A DNA stretch of 64,000 bases, from assembly GCA_951406725.2 (NCBI GenBank), contig OX597823.1:50096001-50160000 (forward strand), given 5' to 3'. This DNA is from Octopus vulgaris. Its lineage: Eukaryota. The position numbers and the translations under genes were made by a program. Shown one piece after another: positions 52,230 through 64,000 of the stretch. Numbering within the stretch: position 1 is the stretch's first letter; every line of letters begins with the position of its first letter. The notes beneath the pieces were generated by a model. The model searched no databases, was not told the origin of the DNA, and worked only from the letters and a program-made list of their open reading frames with translations.

Positions 52230-52723
52230 CAGTGGTTCTCAACCAGGATCTATATGGGCCGTGGGGATCCACATAAGATTTCGTTAAAATTTAGGTTCAA
52301 TAAATTGGTTTTACATATATAATACATTTGTTTTTCTATTATTCTTAACAATATTTAATTATATTTATAAAAAAAAAAAAAAAAAGTAGCGAGTTGGCAG
52401 ATTCGATAGGATACCAGGAAAAAATGGTTAGTAGCATTTCATCAATCTTTATGTTCTTAATTCAATTTGTGTGAAAATCAACTTTGTCTTTCATCTTTTT
52501 GTGGTAGATAAAAAAAAAGTATGTATCAGTTGAACGCTGGGGTTGAGGTAATCGACTTACCCCTCCCCCAAAATTGCTGGCCTTATACCGAAATTTTAAA
52601 CCAATACTTAATTCTTAAAAAACAGTGGAATTCTTTTTATATACATCAAATGGCTATTGAGGCCCACTAGAGTAAAACAGGAATGAAAGGAGGCCCATAG
52701 ACAAATAATTGTTGAGAATCATC
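52230..52723. mobile_element. hAT MITE (reverse orientation) interrupted by a family B SINE
   Basis: CAGTGGTTCTCAACC ... GTTGAGAATCA; SINE at about 52385-52605. Confidence 0.65.
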
Positions 52724-54502
52724 ATGCATTAAGTGATAACAGGTGCCTCAATATTAGCCACTCAACTGTAAATTTGCAGAACTAACATCAAAGTGTGGTA
52801 GGTAAGACCCATGAAGCATCTGGTAGCAAGAGTCTTCATCATTATCATTATTGCTTTAACATCCACTTTTCCATGCTTGCACAGGTTGGAGATTTTCAAG
52901 GCACATTTTCTGTAGTCGGATGTCCTTCCTATCACCAGCTCTTTCCAGTTTCTAGGCAAGATAATTTATCTATATGGCCAGACATGCTTTTGCAGAATAT
53001 TGAAAATGATTGAAATTCATTCACAACAATCATGCAATGTCAAGTGAAGGAGATGTAATCATATAAACACATATACATATACACCACAGGCATCTTTCAA
53101 TCTCTGTCTACCAAATAAAAGAAGACACTTGCCCAAGAATGTCATATAGTGTGCCTGAACATGAAACCATGTAGTTGGAAAGCAAACTCCAGAACCATTC
53201 AACCATCATCATTTACTGTCTGTCTTCCATGCTGGCATGAGTTGGATGGTTTGACAGTAGCTAGTAAGCCAGAAAACTGTGCCAAGCTCCACTTGGCATG
53301 ATTTTTATGGCTGGATGCTCTTCCAAATGCCAACCACTTTACATAGCACACTGGATTCTTTTCATGTGGAACCAGCATAATTTTGAACACTGTTTTCCTA
53401 TAGTATATGTTTAGGACAAGTCAGCTGAGCTGCTCGAAATCTCCACCCAATTATACTGAAACACATCAATATTACAATACTGTCACTGCTCACAACAGCA
53501 ATCTCTTTTTCTTCTTTCATTTAGCATTTAGTTAAGCAGAAAAGGGCTAGGTTCTTGGCTCAGAGACTATTGAAAGGAAATGATTCTTAAAGTAAAAGTC
53601 TACTCTGAGTATTTATGCTCAAGAACCAGTGGGTGGTGGTGGTGGTGAGGGTACTAAACCAGCTGATTGATTTATTAATTACTAAATTGACTAAATCTAA
53701 CGCAAACAACACCAGAACAAGTATACAAGACATTTCATCTACCGATCCATCAATGTAGACTGGTTCTTTATTTTAATGAGCACAAAGAGTGAAAGGCTAA
53801 GTTGATCTTCATGGGATTTGAACTTAGATCACCGACAGACAAAACAAATATCGAAAGGAATTTTATTCATTATCATAACAACTGTCAATTCACCTTGGTA
53901 CCTATCTACAGTTAGATGGACTGGACCACTTGACAGTTAAGTGCCTTAGCCCTGGGTTATAATACAGTGTGTGAATTGCTGATCTCTCAGCAGATTGTAT
54001 AATGTCTCTTTGATATAGCACATCCCCTGTAACACTCAAATAATATACCCTTAAAGTGCTGGTTTACCAGACAGTTTGGTTTCCATTCCATACAGAAGGA
54101 TTAAAATGAGTAAGCTTATCAAAGTATTCCTCCTTGTAAGCTAGTAACTATGGACTGAAATTTAGAACACAAAAGTAAGTGGATTCAATGAATGATTAAC
54201 TCTGTATTGCAGAGCTCACTTACTGGAAGCTCAATACCATTCCATGGCATCCATACTTTTAAGAAGTGCATCTGGTACAGTATCATCAGTTTCAAGAAAA
54301 TTCTTTTAGTCTTTTACTTGTTTTAGTCATTTGATTGCAGCCATGCTGGAGCACCACCTTCAAGGGTTTTAGTCAAAGAAATCTTTGTAAACCTAGTACT
54401 TATTTTATCAGTCTCTTTTGCCAAACCACCATGTCACAGGGAGATAAATATACCAGCATCAGTTGTTAAGCGGTGATGGTGGGACAAAGACACACACAAA
54501 TG

Positions 54503-54538
<36 letters not shown>

Positions 54539-56708
54539 CATAGACACACACAACTAGCTTCTTTAGTTTCTGTCTTCCAGTTCCACTCACAAGATTTTGG
54601 TTAGCCTGACGCTACAGAAGACACTTGCCAAAGGTGGTACACAGTGGGACTGAACCTGGACCCACGTGGTTGGAAAGCAAGCTTCCTACTACACAGCCAC
54701 ACCTGCAATGCCTTAATTTAAAAAAAAAAAACAAATATATAAATAAAAAATAAATTCAATTAAATTTTAAAAAAACTAACCAACATAATAAGCTAAACTG
54801 CTAACATTTTCTACCTTAAAGACTCTTATTGTTCCCTTTGATTTTCTATTTTCTTTTCAACTTACTGTCTCATTATTCCTTTACCTTGTTTCCCGGCATC
54901 TTTTCCCCATCATCATCATATACTTAAATGACTTTCCCCACCTCATTCTTAATCCACTCTATTGTCTTAAAGACTTTTAAGCTGGAAATCTTTAAACTCC
55001 TTTAGCCAAGCAATCTATAATCAAGAGAGCCATCTATTCATTAACCAGAGAAATGTTTTACAGCAGGCAACCAATCCTAAATTCTAAATTTTTATAATTA
55101 ACTTCAAGATTAACATATTCTGGGGGAATTACTGCAGGATAAACTATATAAAAGAGATTCTGATTGACAAGAGCCATTCAATTAGCTAATTTGATCCTTA
55201 CATGTTATTTACAGCAGCAGATATTTTTCAGCGAGTTTCCTTAAAGTATGAATAAATAAATGGAAATAATAAACAAAATGTTGAGTTGATTAAATGAAAA
55301 TTAAAATAATGGTTATGAAACATTTTGCTTGCCGTTACTGATTCGTTAGCTGAACTAAATGCTAAGGTGCTAGTTAAGAATCACTGGTTTCTTTAAATAA
55401 CAGACAGCTGCTCAAGAGGTGATGACAAGACAAAGTTATTTCTAACAATCCCTGAATTCTTTTAAGTATTCTTCGTATAGTTGATATAAGGTGGAGGAAA
55501 GTAATGAATGTTGGATTTGTTTCTAAGAGTTATCAATCAATGCGGAGCAAAGATCTCCAATAAAAAGATTTGTAACTGAGGTACAAAGAGCCCACTGACC
55601 GTGCTTAACCCTTTAACATGAAGATTACTGACAAAGTGATGCTTATTTATTCACATGGTTTTGAATTGATCATGCACTAAACCCTGCAAACTGGCCAGGT
55701 CTAGCCTCTCACACCTACCCTACAATGTCATTTTAAATATAAACAATCACATCATCAAAATATTGAAATTACAAGTTAATGCATGACTAATTCAGAATAT
55801 TGTAAATAAATAAGCATTACATTCGACAGAGTAACCTGAAGTCCAAAAGTTAAGGCACTGAGCTGGTAGAGTTCTTAGTACACCAAACAAAACATTTAGC
55901 AGTATTTTGTCCGGCATAACATTGTCTTTCATTCTTTCAAGGTCAATAAAATAAGTCCCAGTTGAGCACTGGGGTTGATGTAATCAATGTACCCTCTCCC
56001 CCGAAATAGCTGGCCATTATCATTATTATTAGTAGTAGTTGTAGTAGCAGCAGGTGAGGAGCTGGTAGAGTTGTTAGTATGCCAAGTGAAATTCTTAGCA
56101 GTATTACATCTGTCTTCACATTCTGAGTTCAAATTCCGCTGAGGTCGGCTTTGCCTTTCATCCTTTCGGGGTCAATAAATTAAGTACCAGTGAAATACTC
56201 GTGTCAATGTAATCAACTAGTCCCCTCCCCAAAAATTTCAGGCCTTTTGCCAATAGTAGAAAGGATTATTATTATTATTATTATTCTTAGTAGGAGTAAC
56301 AACAACATACTATCTTAGCCTATTCCTCAATGATCTATCACAGCACTATCATGAATTCTTCTCCTCTATCACTGTCTGTTAAAATTAACTATAGAGACAG
56401 AGAAAGGAGGAGGAGCATCAATGTTCCTCGCCTGTCCCCTATGGAAAGGCAAATTCACCTGAAGAGCCAAGAGCACCCTGTACTTTTCCACATCAACCAC
56501 TGAAACACACACACACACACACTTTATTTTTTGGATACTAAGGCTACCAATGGTTTCATGCAAGAAGAATCTCATAACAATTATCAAGTTTGCTACATAG
56601 GATGATAATTATTAAGAGACTCTTCATTACAAGAAACCATTGGTAGCCTTGTTAACCCATAAATAACACTAATACAATGTTGAGCACTCATTCTCACTGT
56701 TTGATATA

Positions 56709-56748
<40 letters not shown>

Positions 56749-57529
56749 CTGTGTGAAAAGAAGTTTGCTTCCTAACAACATGGTTCTAGGTTTAGTCCCA
56801 TTGCACCTTCGGCAAATGTCTTCAACTATAGCCTCAGACTGACCAAAGTCTTGCAGGTGGATTTGGTATATAGAAACTAAATGAAGTCTGTATGTATATG
56901 TATGTGTGTCCCCACTACTGCTTTAGAACCAGTGTTGGTGTGTTTGCATCCTTGTAACTTAGTGGTTTGGTGAAAAAGATCGATAAAGTACTGGAATTGA
57001 TTTATTTGACTAAAAATTGAAGACGGTGCCCCAAGTAAAAGATAAAAGATACACACACATATGGAGAGAAACAAACAGGAAGATAGAAAAGGAGAGTGAG
57101 AGAAAGATAAGAATTCTATTGTAGTATTATGCAATAAGTGAAGTTTCAAACCCTTAAACTATATTCTCAGATGTTTTCAAATTAAAGCATACATCTGAAA
57201 TTAATTTAATGCAGTCCTTTTGAGAAACAGAATGCTACTTCCTTGAGGAAGAATTCAAATGTAACTATTTTCCATTCCATTAAATTGAAAGCAATAGAAT
57301 TATTTTCTCATCATAACTTTCTTTAAAAACTAAATTCTGCAAATATGGTTATATTTCAATAAACTTCAACTTCACAAAAAAATTTTTCAGAAATGTTTTG
57401 TTGTTTAAATCTAATTCAGCCTTGATTAAGCATTCTACAATGCATTCTAGCTATAACTATCCCATCTTGTTCCTGTGTGCTAAGCAGCCAGCATTACATC
57501 ATCCAATTCTCCTTTCTAAGATTCTAAGG

Positions 57530-58183
57530 CAGTGGTTCTCAGCCAAATTTTACCTGTGGGCCCCTTTGATTCCTATTTTAATCAGGTGGACCCTCATAGA
57601 GATTTGGTGTTTTAAAAAATCCTATTACATAAGCGCAAGCGTGGCTGTGTGGTAAGAAGTGTGCTTCCCAACCACATGGCTCTAGGTTCACTCCCAATGC
57701 ATGGCACCTTGAGCAAGTGCCTTCTATTATAGCCTCAGACCGACCAGAGCCTTGTAAGTGGATTTGGTAGAATGAAACTGAAAAAAGCCCATCATGTATA
57801 TGTATTCATGTGTGTGGTTGTGTGTGTGTTTGTCCTCACCATCACAGCTTGACAACTGGTGTTGGAGCGTTTACATCCCTGTAACTTAGTGGTTTGACAA
57901 AAGGAACTGATAGAATAAGTACTAGCCTTATGAAATAAGACCTGAGGTCAATTTGTTCGGTTAAAACCCTTCAAGGCATTGCTCTGGCATGGCTGCAGTC
58001 AAATGACTGAAACCAGTAAAAGAATATTTTAATACTTAAATAATATAAAGAAATGTATAAAATGGATTGTTAAAATATTTTGTGCATTGTAGAAATAGAA
58101 CCAACTTATTTCACATAAATTTTAATAAACAAAATTTTGTATGGACCTCTAAAGATCATATGGACCCCGGCTGAGAATCTCAG
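57530..58183. mobile_element. hAT MITE interrupted by a family A SINE (about 57631-58023)
   Basis: CAGTGGTTCTCAGCC ... GGCTGAGAATCTCAG, with an 8-bp TSD TTCTAAGG / TTCTAAGT. Confidence 0.8.
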
Positions 58184-60465
58184 TTCTAAGTTATGATTTG
58201 AAAGAGATTTGGCCGCAAGTTTAAGATGAAGTTTTGTGTGATTTCTGTGTATAATAAGTGTTCTCTGTGATTAAAAAAATTACCTTGAAGATATCAGTTT
58301 ATTATTTTTATGACAATACATATGGTTTTCCAACTAGAGTTAGTCCTCCATTATCTGAACCAGGTGAGTGAGGTATATTTTGTTTGGATAATTGGTTGTT
58401 CAGACAAGTGATCTGATTGTAAACAGAGGACACTATCTTACCTTTAATCTTCTACTTGTTTCAGTCATTAGACTGCAGCCATGCTGGGGCACTGCCTTGA
58501 AGAATTTTTAGTTGAGTGTATCAACCCCAGTACTTAATTTTTTTTTAAAGCTTAGTATTTATTCTGTCAGTCTCTTTTGTGGTACTTGTGGCGACATAGA
58601 CACACCAGCATCAGTTTTCAAGCATTAGGGTGGACACAGACACAGTCACACACAGCTTCTTTCAGTTTTCATCTACCAAATCCACTCACAAGGTTTCGGT
58701 TGGCCCAAGGCTATAGCAGAGGACACTTTCCCAAGGTGCCATTCAGAGGAACTGAAAACCCTGAACTATGTGGTTGTGAAGAAAGTTTCTTACCACACAG
58801 TCACATAAAAAAAGCACAAAGTGACAAAATATTCTAGTCTCCTGCAATCTTACCATGATCCAGACAGTAGTGGTGTTTGCTTTGCCTCCACAAACATAAT
58901 AACAACCAGATAATAGTATGATATGGAAAGCTCAGCAACTAATAGTTATTACCATTGCACAAAAAAAATTGTTGTGATTTGTGATTAAAGCCTGGTCGTT
59001 CCATCTTGTTTTATAAATTTATACTTTGCTAATACAAATATAACACATGATATATATTACTTAAAGAAGCTAAAATAAAATATTGATTTTAAAGGCCAGC
59101 ACATTTAGGGAAGGGGACTAGTCAATTACACTGACCCCAGTGCTCAACTGCTATTCATTTTATCAACCTCTAAAGGATGAAAGGCAAAGTCAACCTTAGC
59201 AGAATTTAAACTCAAAATGTAAAGATGATGAACAAAGACTAAAATAAAATTAACAGAAGAAATTGATATTTCAATGTAGCCTTTTGTTTCATAGAAGTTT
59301 CTAAAATGCTTTTCATCATTTGCATTTAGCATATGAGTAATATTTTAATTCCTTATAGCATGCAACTGCATATATACACACCACACACTGTTTTTCGATA
59401 ATATAACCCCTTACTGATATCTAATTTGCTAAATACACAGACAATTTATCTTCATGCATCTAATGATTGCTTTCAATGGATAAAAACCTATTATAAATTG
59501 TGCATTATTAACTCTTTTGCATATTATTCCATAGTACAAACATCTATTACATGTAAACCAAATCTGTTAGTCCAAATACCCAACAGAGATCCATATCTAA
59601 CTTTCCAGATCTGATGTTCCACTTAATTTATTTTCCTCATCTGGTGGCATCACCATTTAGTCTGACCGAAGCTGTAACAAGAAATGGTTACAATCACTGA
59701 GTAAAATTATCTTGTATTGTTCCATTACAAATTAGATATACACACGTACATGCATGTGTATACAGACAAACATGTATGTATGTATGTATGTATGTATGTA
59801 TGTGCATAAAAAACATATAATATACAGAAAATAATCACTGAATGGTTGTGTATACATAAAACAATCACTGGGCAGTTGTAGCTGATCATGGTTTGATAAG
59901 GGAGCTGCATGGATGACAGAGAAAAAAAAACACATCCTATTATATAATGTGGGCCAAAAGAATTTTGACATAACTTGGTAGTATCAATTTTTCTGTGCAC
60001 CACTAAAGAGAACAATATCTTAAAAAGTGCCCAAACCATTATGATATCTAATTGATAGCTGATACAGAGAATGACTCACCCACAGGTTAAGCTGTATGTA
60101 AAATATGTATACTAGATGGATGAAATGCCACTAAGCATTTTGACTGTCATGTTAACAATTCTGCCAGTTCACTGCTTTTAAATATTTATTAAAATAATAA
60201 ATATATGTTTCAAATTTTGGTACAAGGCCAAGTTTTTCAGGGGAGGGTGTAAATCGATTACATTGACCCCAGTGCCCAACTGATTCTTCTTTTATCAACC
60301 CTGAAGGGAGTTTAAATATATAACTATTAAATGCATGTTATGTCCAACCAAGACTGTTTCCTTTTCACATTATCAATCCTCAACTCCTTTTTAAAGCTGA
60401 TGACCAAATGATTATTAAACTGATTAAAGCATATTTAAAAATACTTGTATATATTCTTTTTAATA

Positions 60466-60846
60466 TAGTGGTCGTATACTGTCAACTCAATGTGACAGTC
60501 CTGTAAGGGAATTATACCACCGCCATTTAGCCCTAGGAAACATCGACATCTCCTGTCAGCTTTAACACATTTTTACTGATAATATGATATATTTGCAGAG
60601 AGGTTGCAGTCATCTCAGCGAGCGAGGCAGGCTACCCTGAACTGACAATGAGCAATACGCTCAGAAAAATATGTCTTCAGGTGCCTTGTCCCAGCTTGCG
60701 GGGGTGATTGCCTCCCCTTTGCAAATATAAGGACACAGAAAATGTGTCAAAGCCGACAGGAGACGTCGATGTTTCCTAGGGCTAAATGGCGGTGGTGTAA
60801 TTCCCTTATGGGACTGTCACATTGAGTTGACAGTATACGACCACTA
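60466..60846. mobile_element. Foldback MITE with ~108-bp TIRs and TA flanks
   Basis: 60466-60573 matches the reverse complement of 60739-60846 with six substitutions. Confidence 0.85.
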
Positions 60847-61962
60847 TATCACTTCACCACCGCTTATGACTCTCTGAGACATTTAGAAATTCAATATTTC
60901 TAATTTCTTTTTAATAATTCATTAAAAATAAATATTAGACACTTCTTAAGTCAGATGTATGCACACCTAGAGAAGCATTAGGTAATTCACAAAATTACAC
61001 AAGGCAATTCATAGGGCTAAGTGAAAAATAATGTAAACAATTATATTTATATATTTTTTGAAGTAAAATAATAAAGCTACAGGTCTTGAAAGACATTCTA
61101 ATCACTTATTTTAATGGACAAATTTTCTTTTTACATAAATTATATCTCAATATTTTTCACTTATTACATTAAAAACTTGAATATTACTTTTCTTATTTGT
61201 TTAAATAAATGGATTTTATGATTATTCATTTTGTGATAAAATAATAGTTTTTAAATTATTTTGATATTTATCTTTCATTTATGTTACATTATAAATTTAA
61301 TTAAATCTGAATATAAAAGTGTAAATAATCATCAGTATTTATATTTAAATAGTTAAATATAGTAAATAGCATTTTATTTAAAATGTTTTCTAATCAAATG
61401 AGAAGTTAGCAAAATATTTTCTATTTCATAAAGGATTTACTGGCTATTTTGTAGGAAATTTCTTACAAATATTATAGAACACAAACAAGTATTAGAGAAA
61501 AGGTGTTTTCCATTTTTCAAATCTATTCTCTAATTAAAAGTGAATATTAATTCTCTAACAGATATATTCTTAAAAGGTGATTTTTTTTCTCTGTTCAAGA
61601 TAAAGGTGATAGGTTAAAATAAACACTTTGTAAACAAGTAATTAATATTAAACAGGATGGAAAACCTAAAAGCAGAAATTCAGATTTCTTCACACAACTG
61701 GTGAAATTAATTAGAATTAAAAATAAATACTTCCAGCCTAGCTAGAGTCATAAATGATTTGCTTATTTCACTGAGTGCAATATATTTTTCTAAGAATAAC
61801 CTTGACAGTTCTGACAACACTAAGTATCAAAATAATTATTACATTTTTAAGTTCTGATTTGTTCATAGATACCTTGCAGCAAATTTTTTTTTCTCATAAA
61901 AGTATACTGTTTCATTTTTGTATTTGGTTTGCAAGATTTTTAATGCGAAATCATGTGTTGAA

Positions 61963-62370
61963 ACAAATCTTGCTGTGTCCTGAGAGGGTCATTGTGCCAG
62001 TAATAATGACACATGCACTGATTCAATATCACTTCTTTATTGTTAGCCAAATGGTTAAATGTCTAACCAATTAATTGATCATTTGCTTAATGTGCTGGTT
62101 AAACAAACTCTTAGTTGGCTGTTTGTCAAAGTGTCTTGAGACAGACTCAAGGCAGACCTTGAAGGGAGAGAGCATGTCCTCAAGAAGGTTGCAAAGAACG
62201 ACAAAAGGACTTCACAAACAAACAACCGACCGATTGGTTGTTTAACCAGCACATTAAACAAATGGTCAATTGGTTGGTTTTATATTCAATCACCTAACAA
62301 TAATGAAGTGATATTGAACCAGTGCATGTGTTATTCACATAATGACCCTCCCAATACACAAAATATTTTG
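61963..62370. repeat. Long imperfect inverted repeat
   Basis: About 61981-62105 aligns with the reverse complement of about 62238-62352, with weaker extension both inward and outward. Confidence 0.8.
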
Positions 62371-62559
62371 TGCCAAATTTTAATGTACATATTTTCAATT
62401 TGTTGACAGAAATTATAATTATAAGGTAAAGAACTTTTCTTGATAAAAATATCTTTTTCATATTTTTGAATAATGATTCCTAACTAAAATATTAATATTT
62501 TCAGAATTTTATCAGTTGACACAAAACTTTGATGACATCAAACAGAAAAAGAAAATACC

Positions 62560-63127
62560 AGACAAGTTCCTCAGTTATAGCTTCACAGAAACAGAAAACA
62601 AAAGGCAAATGATGCCATAATGTGTTGTCAGCTCGAAAAGTACTAACTTGAAGTGTTTTCAGCAGATTCCTTTTAAAAGATCCTCAACATTTGAAACACA
62701 GCTCTTTCTTCTAACCCATGGGAATACATGGAAAATTTAGAAATAGCTGTCAAAAGGCGAAAATTAGAAAAAAAAAAAAAAAGTTGCATTTTAGTAACTT
62801 GCAGCATCAAGAACCAGCTCTAAAGTTGCCTTGTTGTCTACCTGAAACAAAAAGTCATATACAATTGGAAAAGAATTGGTAAACCTGTAGCTATGAAAAC
62901 GACAGAAATCTTGTGTAACCAGAAAAGAGCCATGTAACTTACTTCGGTGACTTTGTCAGTAAGAGTTATGAAAAAAGCAAACAATTAGCAGATAAACCCA
63001 AGAGAGCTAAGGTTATGTTGTACTAATCCAAACTATAGCTGTCAGCATTAATTAACAATGGATTATTTGTCACAGGTGTTCAGATGCAATTGAAAAGGAA
63101 GAAATGTTGTCCGGTTTGCCACTTGAG
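62560..63127 (+). mobile_element. hAT-Charlie (ZBED5/FAM200-like) transposase fossil
   Basis: FLSYSFTETENKRQMMP*CVV (BED finger), SKVALLST*NKKSYTIGKELV/KPVAMK (compare Y.VA..IAK..KPHTIGE.L..P) and EEMLSGLPLE. Confidence 0.7.
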
Positions 63128-63537
63128 ATCTTGTGAAACTGAAGGGTTCTTAGAATTCACATTATTCTGTCAGAAGTAATGCTTCTTTATTCTCACTGTT
63201 TTATATTTAATCATGCATTATGTTGTAGCTTTGAGATTTTGAAGAAGTAACTGTTAACTTTTAAAATGATATTGTAGGGTTGGTGTGAGATGTCAGATGT
63301 GGCAAGTTTGGTAATAGAACAGGTAGAATATTTTGGCTGGGCATGGCCAGTTTAAATGCTAAAGGATTAACAATGCAGACAATGCTTATTTTAAACTCTA
63401 CATACTGATGACATTGGATGTTAGTGTAGCCCTGCAGCTTGACAGTTTCCTGTCAAACCATGCTATCCATGCCAGCAAGGAATGTGGATGTTAAATGATA
63501 CCTACTACCACACATACACAGATATGTATATATTGAG

Positions 63538-63830
63538 CTGAGAGATAGGCCCTTTGTTGCCAGCAGGGGTAGGAGTTCTCTGAACTTTGCCCAACCTAAA
63601 CTTATTCTCATAGCTATGATCTTGGAGCATCCACCTCCACTACTAACTTGGTCACCTAGATAACGGAAGCTATCTACTACCTGTAGCTTGCCCCACTGAG
63701 AGTTGATGGAGTTTATTTTCTGAACATTTTCAGCGTTTATTATACCTGTGCACCTTCCACATGCAAAAGTTAGTTCCCTGTTAAACTTCCTCTGATGGTG
63801 CTGCACCTTTTATGTGTCCTAAGCTATGCA
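63538..63830 (-). mobile_element. RTE-clade reverse-transcriptase fragment
   Basis: HKRCS...FACGRC..., followed by VVDSFRYLGDQVSSGGGC....RISLGWAKFRELLPLL (RT domain 7/thumb region). Confidence 0.85.
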
Positions 63831-63832
63831 TA

Positions 63833-63997
63833 TACATATATCTGGACCAAAACAGTTTGATTTAAATTCCTTGGTACTTTAAGTTTCAAAGTGAGATGCT
63901 AATCCTCAGCCATTGGAAATTTGAATCATTCAAATTTCCACACGCTTTGTAACTCAGAGTACCAAGGAATCTCAAACTGTTTTGATCCATACATGTA
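63833..63997. mobile_element. Small hairpin MITE with a perfect central palindrome
   Basis: Arms GGACCAAAACAGTTTGA..ATTCCTTGGTACT / AGTACCAAGGAAT..TCAAACTGTTTTGATCC, and TGGAAATTTGAAT-C-ATTCAAATTTCCA at 63914-63940. Confidence 0.7.
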
Positions 63998-64000
63998 ACT

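Overview
AT-rich, repeat-dense eukaryotic DNA. The mix of repeats (tRNA-derived SINE families, RTE-type tails, TA/CA microsatellites) suggests a coleoid cephalopod, probably Octopus; this is an inference. Only one host coding exon is supported: a 1032-bp minus-strand exon (9960-10991) carrying the start codon and first 304 codons of an organic anion transporter (SLCO/OATP, closest to SLCO5A1/Oatp30B). Everything else appears intronic or intergenic. It contains fossil DNA transposons (two maT/DD37D, mariner, hAT-Charlie, piggyBac and hAT MITEs, Helitron and HINE), LINE fragments (RTE, CR1, HERO-like) and dozens of SINEs. The most interesting signals are three type-I hammerhead ribozyme motifs of the Penelope/retrozyme kind. 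One has an intact core and an unusually long stem II, and all three are antisense to the gene. Also notable are a TSD-bounded Alu-like dimeric SINE, a composite Helitron with a captured piggyBac end, a twin-priming-like inversion in an RTE-type tail, a pre-miRNA-like hairpin and several long foldbacks. Repeat boundaries were read by eye and are approximate.
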